A stretch of DNA of 64,000 bases from an uncultured Candidatus Saccharibacteria bacterium (GCA_964358005.1 CAYHNH010000002.1:18596-82595), one strand, 5' to 3'. Numbered from the stretch's first letter, positions 1-10,359 are shown. Numbers and translations: made by a program. The notes: generated by a model not told the origin, from the letters alone.

Positions 1-2
1 TA

Positions 3-179
3 TCGATATATTTTGTGGGTAATGACCTGGCTACAGCATACTCAAAAGAATTCTGCGGAGGCCCTCATATAAAGAACACTGCGGAACTGGCTGGGCCAGA
101 GGGAAAGCTCCGCTTCAGGATAGCCAAGGAAGAGGCAGTCTCCCAGGGAGTGCGCCGGATAAAAGCCGTGTTAGAATAG
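3..179 (+). CDS. alaS: alanine--tRNA ligase, 3' end (partial)
   Basis: Manual translation [26 protein letters not shown]...[16 protein letters not shown] contains the editing-domain ExCGGxH and GVRRI motifs; it ends without a C-Ala domain. Confidence 0.85.
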   Translation, partial: SIYFVGNDLATAYSKEFCGGPHIKNTAELAGPEGKLRFRIAKEEAVSQGVRRIKAVLE

Positions 180-183
180 TCGC

Positions 184-1293
184 ATGTTCTTCTTTGGCGA
201 CTCCAAGCCCAAGCTAAGCCTACTGTTAGAGATACAGAGCTCCCTTGTGAGAGGAACGTTGGCTCTATACGAGGATGGGAGGTTGAAGGAGGTTCTCTAC
301 AGCCTCGACATCGATATCCCATACATCCCACATGCCACTAGCGCATATTATGTTAAAACAGCGCTGCGCAATCTAACAGAAGCCATAGAGACAGCGCTCA
401 AGCACCTGCATCTCATATCGGAAGCGCGGCCGGAGCTCCGTATCCCGAAAAGGCCTGATGATGTCCACTTTGTGATGTCATCGCCATGGATAATATCCCA
501 GCCTAGGAACGTGGTCGTCCCATTCGGTAGGAAAACCGCAATAACGGAGGATAGAATAAAGAAAATCCTAGATGAGGAGCGAATGAAGATGGATTTCGGA
601 CAGAAGCTCAAGGTCGAGACCATAGAAGAAAAGATCTTCGAGGTACGTCTGAACGGATATGCTATAGGAGACTGGCACGGCAAGGAATCCGACAGCCTCG
701 AAGTCTCATATGCTCTATCTGCCGGAAGCTCTGATACTATAGACAAGCTACGAGACATTGCCATCCACTCAACCGGGACGAGGAAGGTATTATTCCACTC
801 AGCCCTCATACTCCACTATATGAGGCTTAGAAATCTGCCTTTGACTCCCCATTCCTACGCGCTCATATATATCCACGGCGAGCAGACTGACGTCATGATA
901 GTGGAGCGACAGCTCTGTTCGTTCTTCGGGTCATTCCCAGTGGGGGTAAATTCTGTGATACGGCGTATCACAGCTGCAGCCCACATCGACCGTCGATCGG
1001 CCGAATCCCTGCTGGCGCTGCATATCGGCGAACATATCGACAAGGAGCATGACAAAACGACTGATGCCCTCATGGCCACCGCATCTTTATATTGGAGAGA
1101 CGGTTTACGCAAGATCCTCGGACCAACCGATCCGGAAAGCAGGATGCCGGACAATGTATTCATGGCCTCCGGAACTCATGACGAATTCTTCACAAGGAGC
1201 CTCCTGTCATTTAAGTCGGACTGCCGGCTGCTACCACTGCCTGCTAGAGCAGAGAATGCATATGCACAGGCTATTAACAATGCTCCAAGGTAG
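184..1293 (+). CDS. FtsA/PilM-like actin-fold protein, degenerate
   Basis: 369 aa; LLEIQSSLV, VRLNGY, IYIHGEQTDVM and FPVGVNSVIRRI resemble the FtsA-like family seen in Parcubacteria. Confidence 0.5.
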   Translation: MFFFGDSKPKLSLLLEIQSSLVRGTLALYEDGRLKEVLYSLDIDIPYIPHATSAYYVKTALRNLTEAIETALKHLHLISEARPELRIPKRPDDVHFVMSSPWIISQPRNVVVPFGRKTAITEDRIKKILDEERMKMDFGQKLKVETIEEKIFEVRLNGYAIGDWHGKESDSLEVSYALSAGSSDTIDKLRDIAIHSTGTRKVLFHSALILHYMRLRNLPLTPHSYALIYIHGEQTDVMIVERQLCSFFGSFPVGVNSVIRRITAAAHIDRRSAESLLALHIGEHIDKEHDKTTDALMATASLYWRDGLRKILGPTDPESRMPDNVFMASGTHDEFFTRSLLSFKSDCRLLPLPARAENAYAQAINNAPR

Positions 1294-1319
1294 CCGGTCT
1301 GTGTTATCATACAAGAAAT

Positions 1320-2720
1320 ATGCCTCGTAGAGTTGAAGACATAATCAGGACAGACCGGAGATCCATAAGAAACGTATCTGTCAAAGAATCTGAAAAGATA
1401 CCGGAGAAAAAGCCGGCCGCCAGAGTGCGCCCGGCATCCAAGCCGGATATAGAGGACATGAGTCCCGTGAGAAAAACAAGGACATCATCGGCTATCCGGC
1501 TACCCAAGATAGTTCAGGAACCGCCTATCGGCCGGACAGGCCGGAAGGGCAGAGGCGGGCGCCGGCTGTGGCTACTCATAGTAATCGGCGTGGTCGCAGT
1601 GGTCGGATTTACCGCATTTATCGCATCTTCTTATTTTTCACGCGCGACCTTTTCGATCGTACCTGTGACATTTCCGGTGAGCGTCAATAATGTGACGATT
1701 GTGGCAACAGGAACTTCCACGCCCGGATACATCCGCTACGACGTCGCAAGATACAACGGCACCGCCTCAACGAGCATACCCGCATCTGATGGGCCGATCA
1801 TATCCACGAAATCCACTGGGACGGTGACCTTGTACAACTACTTTGCGACCGAAGGGCAGAGACTCATAGCCGGCACACGCCTTTCTAATGACAACGGCAT
1901 GATATACAGGCTCACAAGCTCCATCTTCATACCTGGATACAAAGCTTCCGGGGGATCGATAATCCCGGGCACCATCCGGACGACAGTGGTGGCAGAGAGC
2001 GCGGGAGCGCAGTATGACCTGGGCAGGAATGAAGGTAGCGGCACGTTGAAGGTCGTCGCCTATAAAGGCGCTCCACGCTATGATTCTATATATGCTAAGG
2101 CCTATAGCGACATAGCAGGGGGCTTCTCCGGAACCAAGAAAACCGTGGATAAATCGCTCCTAGCTTCCACGACAGAGAATCTCCAGAAAGCCCTACAGAA
2201 GACGCTCGAGAGCCAGGCTCTCGCTAACGTCCCTCCAGGCTCTGTGACATACAACACTGCCTATACGATATCCTTCAGCCAACCCAAAATAGGCGGCGAA
2301 GCCGCAAAGAGCGCTACTGTCACCCTGACTGCTACACTCTACAGCGTCTTGTTCAAGAAATCAGAGCTGGTAGCCAAACTTGCCGGATCACAGAATGTAG
2401 GCCGTTTCGGCAAATGGCCATTTTCAAGCGATGGCTTGGAGAACCTAAAATTCTCCATAACCAATCCGGGAACATTTAAGCCTACCGCAGGAAACGCTCT
2501 GATCGCCCGCCTGAATGGAAATATGCAGCTCCGAGGAATAGTCCCGACTGACGAGCTCAGGCAAAAACTGGCAGGCCTATCTTTGGCTCAAACCCGTGCT
2601 GTCTTCGGTTCATATAGTTCCGTCATCGACATAAGCAAGAGCCTCGGGGAGCTATTCCCGTCATGGGCTTCCTCCGTGCCCAAAGACGAAAATAGGATCA
2701 CCGTGGTCGTAAAAGACTAA
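1320..2720 (+). CDS. single-TM protein with baseplate-J-like extracellular domain
   Basis: Basic N-terminus, one TM, then GTVTLYN..QRLIAGTRL..VVAESAGAQYD..IAGGFSG motifs. Confidence 0.5.
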   Translation: MPRRVEDIIRTDRRSIRNVSVKESEKIPEKKPAARVRPASKPDIEDMSPVRKTRTSSAIRLPKIVQEPPIGRTGRKGRGGRRLWLLIVIGVVAVVGFTAFIASSYFSRATFSIVPVTFPVSVNNVTIVATGTSTPGYIRYDVARYNGTASTSIPASDGPIISTKSTGTVTLYNYFATEGQRLIAGTRLSNDNGMIYRLTSSIFIPGYKASGGSIIPGTIRTTVVAESAGAQYDLGRNEGSGTLKVVAYKGAPRYDSIYAKAYSDIAGGFSGTKKTVDKSLLASTTENLQKALQKTLESQALANVPPGSVTYNTAYTISFSQPKIGGEAAKSATVTLTATLYSVLFKKSELVAKLAGSQNVGRFGKWPFSSDGLENLKFSITNPGTFKPTAGNALIARLNGNMQLRGIVPTDELRQKLAGLSLAQTRAVFGSYSSVIDISKSLGELFPSWASSVPKDENRITVVVKD

Positions 2721-2725
2721 GTTTC

Positions 2726-2754
2726 TTGACTATATTATGGGTCTCTGCTAATAT
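2726..2754 (+). promoter_or_regulatory. sigma70-type promoter of infA operon
   Basis: TTGACT-N17-TAATAT upstream of infA. Confidence 0.6.
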
Positions 2755-2774
2755 TCGGAAACGCGTTTATACGC

Positions 2775-3002
2775 ATGGATACCGCTCCTCAACCAAAGAA
2801 TACCGCGACCGGAACCGTCGTAGAGGCGTTACCGGACACGCTGTTTCGTGTTTCGATCACAAATGACGGGACTGAAACCATCGTACTGGCCTACTTGGCT
2901 GGAAAGATGAGGATGAACAGGATCCGTGTATTGGTAGGCGACCGGGTAGAGATAATGCAGGATCCATACGGAGGAAGAGCGCGCATCATAAAACGGTTAT
3001 AA
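2775..3002 (+). CDS. infA: translation initiation factor IF-1
   Basis: [29 protein letters not shown]. Confidence 0.97.
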   Translation: MDTAPQPKNTATGTVVEALPDTLFRVSITNDGTETIVLAYLAGKMRMNRIRVLVGDRVEIMQDPYGGRARIIKRL

Positions 3003-3003
3003 A

Positions 3004-3120
3004 ATGAAAGTCAGAGCTGCGGTAAAAAAGATCTGCCCCAAGTGCCAAGTCGTCCGCCGCGGCGGATATGTGTATGTGACGTGCAAATCGAACCCGCGCC
3101 ATAAGCAGCGCCAAGGCTAA
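3004..3120 (+). CDS. rpmJ: 50S ribosomal protein L36 (Zn-binding form)
   Basis: Not in ORF track; [38 protein letters not shown]. Confidence 0.97.
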   Translation: MKVRAAVKKICPKCQVVRRGGYVYVTCKSNPRHKQRQG

Positions 3121-3151
3121 TCAAAAAAAGGCTTTTTAGTAAACATCCATC

Positions 3152-3532
3152 ATGCGTATTTTAGGTATTACACTCCCCGAGAGTAAAAGGATTGAGATAG
3201 CACTGACCGCCATTTATGGTATAGGAAGGTCACGGGCTCTGAGCATTCTCGAGCAATCGAAAGTCGATCCAGCCACCAAGGCCAAGGATATATCCGTAGA
3301 CCAGGAGAATGCGCTCCGCAAGCTTATCGAGGGCTTCAGGATAGAGGGTGACCTCAAGCGCGAGGTCGGCGCCAACGTCAAGCGCCTGAAGGACATCAAG
3401 GCCTATCGCGGTTTGCGCCATGCAAGACATCTCCCGACTCGCGGCCAGCGGACGAAGACCAACTGTCGCACTGTCCGAGGAAACGTGAGAAAGACCATGG
3501 GATCGGGCCGCCGTAAGGAAGAGAAGACATAA
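3152..3532 (+). CDS. rpsM: 30S ribosomal protein S13
   Basis: IALTAIYGIG, YRGLRH..LPTRGQRTKTN. Confidence 0.98.
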   Translation: MRILGITLPESKRIEIALTAIYGIGRSRALSILEQSKVDPATKAKDISVDQENALRKLIEGFRIEGDLKREVGANVKRLKDIKAYRGLRHARHLPTRGQRTKTNCRTVRGNVRKTMGSGRRKEEKT

Positions 3533-3537
3533 AATAT

Positions 3538-3963
3538 ATGGGTAAAAAAAGGATAGTCACAACTGAAGGAGGGGCAGAGGCAAAGCCAAAGGCTGCCGGA
3601 GCTGGAAGCAAAAAGCATGTAGATGCTGGCATTTTGCACGTGCAGTCTACCTACAACAACACCAAGGTCATGCTCACCGACAAGCAGGGCAACGCCCTTA
3701 TGTGGGGATCATCTGGTGGTGCAGGCTTTCGAGGCGCAAAGAAGGGCACTCCATTCGCAGCCGCCAAGGTCGGCGAAACTCTGGCGCTCAAGGCAGTCAA
3801 TCTCGGACTTAAGGAGATCGACGTCGTCGTCAAGGGAGTCGGTTCCGGCCGTGAGTCAGCCATACGTGGTTTTATCAGCAAGGGCGTCGTCATCACTTCC
3901 ATCAAGGATGCGACGCCTGTTCCTTTTAATGGCCCGCAACCTAAGAAGCCACGACGCGTCTAA
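3538..3963 (+). CDS. rpsK: 30S ribosomal protein S11
   Basis: STYNNT, KKGTPFAA, GVGSGRESAIR, PKKPRRV. Confidence 0.98.
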   Translation: MGKKRIVTTEGGAEAKPKAAGAGSKKHVDAGILHVQSTYNNTKVMLTDKQGNALMWGSSGGAGFRGAKKGTPFAAAKVGETLALKAVNLGLKEIDVVVKGVGSGRESAIRGFISKGVVITSIKDATPVPFNGPQPKKPRRV

Positions 3964-3972
3964 TATACATAT

Positions 3973-4578
3973 ATGCAAATCGGCCCACGCTACAAAAAAG
4001 CTCGCTATCTAGGTGCTCCTATATTCAGGAAGACCCAGACGCAGAAATACGCTATGCGATCTCAGCGCAAGGTCAAGACCACCAAGCGCCGTGGCGGCAA
4101 GAGCGAATACGGCCGTCAGATGCTAGAGAAACAGAAGGCCCGTTTCAGCTATGGAGTCTCGGGAGGACAGTTCTCAAATTACGTCAAGAAGGCCCTGCAG
4201 GCTTCAGGCGATAACGCCAAGAACCTGATCAGCATTCTCGAGGGCCGCCTCGATAATGTGATAGTTCGCGCAGGCTTTGCGCCGACGCGTTCGGCTGCTC
4301 GCCAGATGGTCTCTCACGGCCATATCACGGTCGGTGGAAAGAAGGTGAACATCCCGTCATATCAGGTAAGGACTGGCGAGGTGCTGTCAGTCCGCTCCGG
4401 CAGTGTCGGCAAGGCGATCTTCTCGAAGGTCAGCGAGGATGTGAAGGCCACCAAAGTGCCGACATGGATGAGCGTGGATGCCGACAAGAAAGAGATACGC
4501 ATATCGGGTGAGCCGACAGCGGATGCGACAGATCTTTTGTTCGATGTCCGTTCGGTCTTGGAGTTCTACACCCGCTAG
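3973..4578 (+). CDS. rpsD: 30S ribosomal protein S4
   Basis: SEYGRQMLEKQK, LEGRLDNV, ARQMVSHGHI. Confidence 0.98.
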   Translation: MQIGPRYKKARYLGAPIFRKTQTQKYAMRSQRKVKTTKRRGGKSEYGRQMLEKQKARFSYGVSGGQFSNYVKKALQASGDNAKNLISILEGRLDNVIVRAGFAPTRSAARQMVSHGHITVGGKKVNIPSYQVRTGEVLSVRSGSVGKAIFSKVSEDVKATKVPTWMSVDADKKEIRISGEPTADATDLLFDVRSVLEFYTR

Positions 4579-4637
4579 AGCACTAGACAGTATGTTTTTT
4601 TAATGTATAATTATTCCTTCATTTAACTAATAATCAC

Positions 4638-5618
4638 ATGACTCACGACATCGTTGTCCCATCGAAGCCGAAGATAGTCCGAGAGGATGCGGTAAGCGGC
4701 GTATATGAGATAGATGGCCTCTATCCAGGTTATGGCCATACACTAGGCAATTCTCTGCGCCGCATCATCCTCTCTTCGCTCCCAGGGGCAGCGGTTACTC
4801 GCGTCAAGATATCAGGAGTCGAACATGAATTCTCGACCATAAATGGCGTCAAGGAAGATGTCATCACCATCATACTCAGCCTAAAGAAGCTGCGCATACG
4901 CCTTACTGGCGACGAGCCGGTCACCCTGACACTCAAGGGCAAGGGGGCTATGGAACTCACTGCCAAGGACATAGATGCTCCTGGGCAAGCTGAGATACTC
5001 AATCCTGACCTGTACATAGCTACGCTTTCGGACAAGTCAGCAGATCTGAACATTGAGATGACCGTCGAAAAGGGCTTGGGATACGTATCGAAGGAGAACC
5101 TCCAGAAGGAGCGCGTAGAGATTGGCGTCATCACCCTGGATGCGGCGTTTACACCTATCCGCAAGGCCAACTACGAAGTCGAGAATATGCGCGTCGGTGA
5201 TAGGACAGATTTCAACCGCCTCCGTCTATCGATTGAGACAGATGGGACAATAACCCCACACGAGGCTCTCGAGAATTCTATAGTGCTCATGATCAACCAG
5301 CTCAAGGCCGTCGTAGGTTTCGTAGAGAAGGAAGAGCCGAAACCGGAGGTCAAAGCCGATGAATCAGCCGATAGGAACGCTGGAGCAGAGGGCCGACTCC
5401 CGAAGGAAGTAGATACGGAGCTCCTGAAGACCCGCGTCGATGCTCTCGACCTGTCTTCGAGAACTGTGAAGGCTTTGACGAATGCCAATATCCGCACGCT
5501 GGGGGGTATGGCCCGCAAGAAGGAGTCGGACATCATGGACATAGACGGCTTGGGCGCCAAGGGCATGCAGGAGATAAAGAAGCTCCTCGCCCAGCACGGC
5601 ATTATCCTGAAACAATAG
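4638..5618 (+). CDS. rpoA: RNA polymerase alpha subunit
   Basis: GYGHTLGNSLRRIILSSLPGAA, HEFSTINGVKED, alpha-CTD. Confidence 0.98.
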   Translation: MTHDIVVPSKPKIVREDAVSGVYEIDGLYPGYGHTLGNSLRRIILSSLPGAAVTRVKISGVEHEFSTINGVKEDVITIILSLKKLRIRLTGDEPVTLTLKGKGAMELTAKDIDAPGQAEILNPDLYIATLSDKSADLNIEMTVEKGLGYVSKENLQKERVEIGVITLDAAFTPIRKANYEVENMRVGDRTDFNRLRLSIETDGTITPHEALENSIVLMINQLKAVVGFVEKEEPKPEVKADESADRNAGAEGRLPKEVDTELLKTRVDALDLSSRTVKALTNANIRTLGGMARKKESDIMDIDGLGAKGMQEIKKLLAQHGIILKQ

Positions 5619-5624
5619 ACTTAT

Positions 5625-5975
5625 ATGAGGCACCATTCCAACGTACGAAAATTCGGTCGCGAGAAGACACAGAGGCACGCCCTCATGCGTTCTCTGGCCC
5701 GCAACCTTATCCGCGACAACAGGATCAGGACCACCGGCGCCAAGGCCAAGGAATTGCGCCCGTACGTAGAGAAGCTGGTGACTCGCGCAAAGATCGGCAC
5801 GATCGCCTCCAGGCGTTTGGTGAGCTCGAGGCTCATGGGCGACCCTGAGGTCAAGAAGCTTTTTGACGAGATCGCTCCTAAGTACAAGGAGAGGAAGGGC
5901 GGCTACACCAGGATAGTCAAGCTCCCGAACCGCGATCTGGACGGCAGCTCGATGGCCCTCATCGAATTTGTATAA
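5625..5975 (+). CDS. rplQ: 50S ribosomal protein L17
   Basis: MRHH..KFGR, AKAKELR, RKGGYTRIVK. Confidence 0.98.
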   Translation: MRHHSNVRKFGREKTQRHALMRSLARNLIRDNRIRTTGAKAKELRPYVEKLVTRAKIGTIASRRLVSSRLMGDPEVKKLFDEIAPKYKERKGGYTRIVKLPNRDLDGSSMALIEFV

Positions 5976-5982
5976 TACGAAC

Positions 5983-6327
5983 ATGAAATACACCATTGAC
6001 GCACAAGGTAAGAAGATCGGACGCATAGCCTCGGCGGCTGCGGCACGCCTCATGGGCAAGTCCAGCGTCTCCTTCGCTAAGAATAAAGTGCATGCCGAGG
6101 TCGTAGAGATAGTGAACGCCTCGAAAACCGACATGAGCGCGGTGAAGAAGCAGAACGACACTTACGTCACCTATACTGGCCACCGTGGAGGCCTCGAGAG
6201 CGAGACCCTAGGTGAGCTCATCATCCGCCGCGGCATGAAGGAGGTCTATACCCGCGCCATAGAGCGCATGCTCCCGAGGAATAAGCTGCGCAAAGACCGT
6301 ATGAAGAACCTTATCATCAAAGACTAA
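5983..6327 (+). CDS. rplM: 50S ribosomal protein L13 (short form)
   Basis: IDAQGKKIGRIAS..LMGK, YTGHRGGL, MLPRNKL; start set to ATG 5983. Confidence 0.95.
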   Translation: MKYTIDAQGKKIGRIASAAAARLMGKSSVSFAKNKVHAEVVEIVNASKTDMSAVKKQNDTYVTYTGHRGGLESETLGELIIRRGMKEVYTRAIERMLPRNKLRKDRMKNLIIKD

Positions 6328-6328
6328 T

Positions 6329-6739
6329 ATGACAGCCACAAAACACACCGGAAAATATTTCGAGGCAGTAGGGCGCAGGAAGACTTCGGTCGCTCGCGTG
6401 CGCCTTTTCCCGGCCAAGGAGCTTTCTTTCGAGGTGAACGGCAAGGAGCTCGCGGTATATTTCCCGACTCGAGAGATGCAGGCTACAGCACATGAGGCGA
6501 TCAAGAATGCCAAGCCGGCTGAAAAGTTCTTCATCTCCGCAAAGCTCTCCGGAGGCGGCATCGTCTCCCAGTCTGAAGCCCTCCGTCACGGCATCGCTCG
6601 CGCTCTCCTCGTATACGATATACAGCTTCGCGGCACCCTGAAGAAAGCAGGTTTCCTCTCTCGAGATGCCCGCGCCAAGGAACGCAGAAAGTTCGGTCTG
6701 AAGAAGGCACGTAAGTCTCCGCAGTGGGCAAAACGTTAG
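6329..6739 (+). CDS. rpsI: 30S ribosomal protein S9
   Basis: GRRKTSVARV, ERRKFGLKKARKSPQWAKR. Confidence 0.98.
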   Translation: MTATKHTGKYFEAVGRRKTSVARVRLFPAKELSFEVNGKELAVYFPTREMQATAHEAIKNAKPAEKFFISAKLSGGGIVSQSEALRHGIARALLVYDIQLRGTLKKAGFLSRDARAKERRKFGLKKARKSPQWAKR

Positions 6740-6748
6740 GATCTAATA

Positions 6749-7306
6749 ATGAAAGAACACAAAAAGGACATCGAAAATAACGATCTCGATGACTCGGTTG
6801 TAGCCGAGGAGAATGCCGCAGAAGCCATAAAGAAGCTGCGCGAAAAGCTCAAGAAATGCGAAGCCGAGAAGATGGAATATCTGACCGGCTGGCAACGCGC
6901 CAAGGCTGACATGATAAATGCTCGCAAACGCGATGAGGCTGAGCGAGCAGAGTTCATCAAATTCTCAAACGAGCGCCTGATCGAGAGCCTCATACCTGTC
7001 CTCGAGAGCTTTGATCTAGCCATGGGCAATAAGGTGGCCTGGGAAAAGGCCGACAAGAACTGGCGTGTTGGGGTCGAGTATATCTATTCACAGCTAAAGA
7101 AGGCTTTGGCTGATTCGGGCCTGGAGGAGATTGACCCTATCGGAAAAGCATTTGACCACAGCCGTGACGAAGCGGCTGAATACGTGCCTGCTGAAAAAGA
7201 GGCAGACCATCATAAGATCATTGCTGTGATTCAAAAGGGGTATGTCCTGAATGGGAAAGCTCTAAGGCCACCGAAGGTGAGAGTGGGGGAGTTTAAGACT
7301 CTTTAA
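6749..7306 (+). CDS. grpE: nucleotide exchange factor GrpE
   Basis: QRAKADMIN, FD..EA, QKGYVLNGKALRPPKVRV. Confidence 0.95.
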   Translation: MKEHKKDIENNDLDDSVVAEENAAEAIKKLREKLKKCEAEKMEYLTGWQRAKADMINARKRDEAERAEFIKFSNERLIESLIPVLESFDLAMGNKVAWEKADKNWRVGVEYIYSQLKKALADSGLEEIDPIGKAFDHSRDEAAEYVPAEKEADHHKIIAVIQKGYVLNGKALRPPKVRVGEFKTL

Positions 7307-7574
7307 TCAGGATCTCATCTTTTATACCCAGGTGTTTGCTTATGGTATTAAGTTGGCGTGCCATTAGAACGATATTTTGATCTAAGACGTCTATTTTGTA
7401 GTCGATTCGGTTGAATCTAAGATCCATAGCGTCAAAACGACGATCTACAGCATCAAAGCGCTCATCGATCTTGTCGAATCTATCAAAGACGGACTGAAAG
7501 CTCTGGCCTATGTCGTCCATGCTCGTCTTAAATTCGGTCTTTGTAACGTAGTCTTGCATTTGTATTTGGTACAT
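7293..7574 (-). CDS. small heptad-repeat coiled-coil protein
   Basis: YVTKTEF followed by FDKIDER/FDAVDRR/FDAMDLR heptads; own promoter upstream. Confidence 0.7.
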   Translation of the reverse strand: MYQIQMQDYVTKTEFKTSMDDIGQSFQSVFDRFDKIDERFDAVDRRFDAMDLRFNRIDYKIDVLDQNIVLMARQLNTISKHLGIKDEILIKES

Positions 7575-7602
7575 TTTATTCCTATAAAATTAGTAATGCA
7601 AT

Positions 7603-7657
7603 AGTCTAGCAATATAGTAATGAAGAAACGTTCAAAAAAAGTTCAAATTTTAATGAA
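7603..7657 (-). promoter_or_regulatory. 4x 11-bp-period hexamer box plus -10 (site 1)
   Basis: Sense strand TTCATT-N5-TTGAAC-N5-TTGAAC-N5-TTCATT-N10-TAGACT. Confidence 0.7.
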
Positions 7658-7706
7658 TTTTTTGAAACCCTTGACTACCCAATACGTCTGATATAATAGG
7701 AAAACA

Positions 7707-8030
7707 ATGCTTACCCCTTATTCACGCTCAAATTTCGTCGAAAAAGTCCTGACCGACCACTCCGGCCGCCAGTTCAGGGCGCTTTTCCTCGTTACGCTCG
7801 TAAATGGGGAAGTGAAGGGTCATCTCCTTTCCCTCAAGCCGATGCCGATGAAGACTCTTGCCATCGAGGGTGCTGTTTCTGATGGCTCTATCTGCCTGCC
7901 TTGCTGGACGACAGACTGCGAGATCGAGACTCCGTATGTCGCCTCATATGCACCAGTCATTTCTCCATACTTTAGCGAGCTCGACATTTTCCTATCTACA
8001 CAACCAACCAGGGCGCCTGCTTTTGCATAA
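7707..8030 (+). CDS. hypothetical protein ending in ...PTRAPAFA
   Basis: 107-aa ORF preceded by TGATATAAT. Confidence 0.65.
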   Translation: MLTPYSRSNFVEKVLTDHSGRQFRALFLVTLVNGEVKGHLLSLKPMPMKTLAIEGAVSDGSICLPCWTTDCEIETPYVASYAPVISPYFSELDIFLSTQPTRAPAFA

Positions 8031-8040
8031 TATCCGCGCC

Positions 8041-8253
8041 ATGCTCATAAAACTCCGGGTCACTACCGGTGCGCGCGCGGAAAAGATCGTCAGGAAGTCA
8101 GACGATCATTTTATCGTCTCTGTAAAAGAAGAAGCGGAGAGGAACATGGCCAACAACCGCATTCTGGAGATCTTTCGAGAGATGCATCCCGACAGGGCAG
8201 TAAAGATCGTTAAAGGGCATCACTCTCCGTCGAAGATATTAGAGATTGTATAG
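8041..8253 (+). CDS. DUF167/YggU family protein
   Basis: IKLRVTTGA..VSVKEEAERNMAN..IVKGHHSPSK; start at ATG 8041. Confidence 0.85.
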   Translation: MLIKLRVTTGARAEKIVRKSDDHFIVSVKEEAERNMANNRILEIFREMHPDRAVKIVKGHHSPSKILEIV

Positions 8254-8296
8254 TCAGGCACCTTAAAAGTAAATATTAGCGAAATTAACTACTAAC

Positions 8297-10210
8297 ATGT
8301 CCAAAATCATCGGAATAGACTTAGGAACGACATTCTCGGCTGTGGCTGTCATGGAAGCCGGCGTGCCACGCGTTCTCGAGAACGCGGAGGGCCAAAGGAC
8401 GACCCCTTCCATCGTCGCCCAGTCGAAGACCGGCGAGCGTCTCGTCGGCCTTCTAGCGAAGCGTCAGGCCGTCACCAATCCCAGGAATACGATCTCCCAG
8501 ATCAAGCGATTCATGGGCCACAACTTCGATGAAGCTAGCGTTCAGTCAGACATTAAGAACGTTCCATTCGAAGTTCGAAAGGCCTCAAACGGTGGCATCG
8601 AAGTGAACCTCTCCGGTAAGTGGCTCCGCCCAGAAGAAGTCTCAGCCATGATACTCATGAAGCTGAAGACCGACGCGGAAGCTCGCCTCGGCGAGAAAGT
8701 AACCGAAGCGGTCATCACGGTTCCGGCATACTTCAACGACTCGCAGCGCCAGGCCACGAAAGACGCAGGCAAGATCGCCGGTCTCGACGTGAAGCGAATC
8801 ATCAATGAACCTACGGCTGCAGCGCTCGCGTACGGATTCAACAAAAAGAAGAATGAAAAGATCGCCGTATTCGACTTCGGAGGTGGAACATTCGATATAT
8901 CAGTCCTCGAAGTGGGGGATGATGTCGTCGAAGTAAAGTCCACTGACGGCGACTCGCACCTCGGAGGCCGCGACATCGATGCCAAGATAGTCGCATGGCT
9001 CGCAGACCAGTTCGCGCGCGAGAATGGCATCGACCTACGCAAGGACCCGCTTTCACTTCAGCGCATAGATGAGGCTGCGGAGAAAGCCAAGATAGAGCTT
9101 TCGACTGCAGTATCGACCGAGGTAAACATCCCATTCGTGACTTCTGGAGCTGACGGCCCGAAGCACCTCCTCGTCACCCTCACCCGCGCAAAGCTAGAGG
9201 AGCTAACCGCGGAATTCATCGACCGCGCCATGATGATCACCAAGCGCGCCATGGAGGCTTCTCCATTCAAGGTAGGTGAGATCAACGAAGTAGTCCTTGT
9301 CGGCGGCCAAACACGCATGCCGGCACTCCAAAATGCAGTCAAACAGTTCTTCGGAAAAGATCCTCACATGGGAGTGAATCCCGACGAGGTGGTTGCGGTG
9401 GGCGCCGCCATTCAGGGCGGAATATTGGGCGGTGACGTGAAGGATGTGCTCCTTCTCGATGTCATCCCGCTCTCTCTCGGTATCGAAACTATGGGTGGTG
9501 TAGCGACAAAATTGATCGAGAAGAACACCACCGTACCTACTCAGCGATCGCAGGTATTCTCGACTGCGGCGGATAATCAGACATCCGTGGAGATCCATAT
9601 CAGCCAGGGCGAGCGAGCTCTGTCAGCTGACAACAAGTCGCTCGGAAGGTTCATACTCGACGGCATCCCGCCGTCACCTCGCGGCATGCCGCAGATCGAG
9701 GTCTCATTCGACGTCGATGCGAACGGCATCTTGAATGTGACCGCCAAGGACAAGGCCACAGGCAAGGCGAACTCGATCAAGATCACTGCTTCTAGCGGCC
9801 TTTCAAAGGAAGAGGTCGAGAAGATGAAGCAGGAGGCGGCGGCGCATGAGACGGAGGATAAGACGAAGCGCGAGCATATCGAGACAAGGAATGTGGCGGA
9901 GCAGCTTGTCTACACGGCGGAGAAGGCATTGAAGGATGCGGGTGACAAAGTACCGGCCGATGTGAAGAAGACAATCGAAGAGAAGGTTGCTGCGCTTAAG
10001 ACCGCTAAGGACGCACAGCCCTTAGACGCCGCCGCAGTTAAGACGGCTACTGAAGCACTGTCGACTGAGATTCAGAAGATAGGGCAGTTCATGAATCAGC
10101 AGGAGTCGCAGGGTGGACCACAGGGAGGTGCCCAGGGCGGCGCAGACAACAAAAAAGGCCCGGATGCCGGACCTGAAGTAAAGGACGCCGAGTTCAAGGA
10201 GAAGAAGTAG
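8297..10210 (+). CDS. dnaK: chaperone DnaK
   Basis: [33 protein letters not shown]. Confidence 0.99.
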   Translation: MSKIIGIDLGTTFSAVAVMEAGVPRVLENAEGQRTTPSIVAQSKTGERLVGLLAKRQAVTNPRNTISQIKRFMGHNFDEASVQSDIKNVPFEVRKASNGGIEVNLSGKWLRPEEVSAMILMKLKTDAEARLGEKVTEAVITVPAYFNDSQRQATKDAGKIAGLDVKRIINEPTAAALAYGFNKKKNEKIAVFDFGGGTFDISVLEVGDDVVEVKSTDGDSHLGGRDIDAKIVAWLADQFARENGIDLRKDPLSLQRIDEAAEKAKIELSTAVSTEVNIPFVTSGADGPKHLLVTLTRAKLEELTAEFIDRAMMITKRAMEASPFKVGEINEVVLVGGQTRMPALQNAVKQFFGKDPHMGVNPDEVVAVGAAIQGGILGGDVKDVLLLDVIPLSLGIETMGGVATKLIEKNTTVPTQRSQVFSTAADNQTSVEIHISQGERALSADNKSLGRFILDGIPPSPRGMPQIEVSFDVDANGILNVTAKDKATGKANSIKITASSGLSKEEVEKMKQEAAAHETEDKTKREHIETRNVAEQLVYTAEKALKDAGDKVPADVKKTIEEKVAALKTAKDAQPLDAAAVKTATEALSTEIQKIGQFMNQQESQGGPQGGAQGGADNKKGPDAGPEVKDAEFKEKK

Positions 10211-10303
10211 TTCATCCTAGGTACCTATGCATTTTGGGACAGATTTTGTCTCAAAACGCATAGGGAGTCGCACCCACGTATGCAGTTCTTAGATAAAAAG
10301 GCC
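10202..10303. repeat. ~100-bp palindromic element, copy A
   Basis: 35-nt core 10222-10256 identical to 16942-16976; flanks match copy B as reverse complement. Confidence 0.85.
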
Positions 10304-10359
10304 CTCGTAGTTTCCCGGAAGCCTGTTATGAGCAGGGTTCGGGGAAACGAACGAGGGCC
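10295..10359 (-). terminator. intrinsic terminator of the minus-strand islet
   Basis: Long stem GGCCCTCGT...ACGAGGGCC followed by a T-run on the minus strand. Confidence 0.65.
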
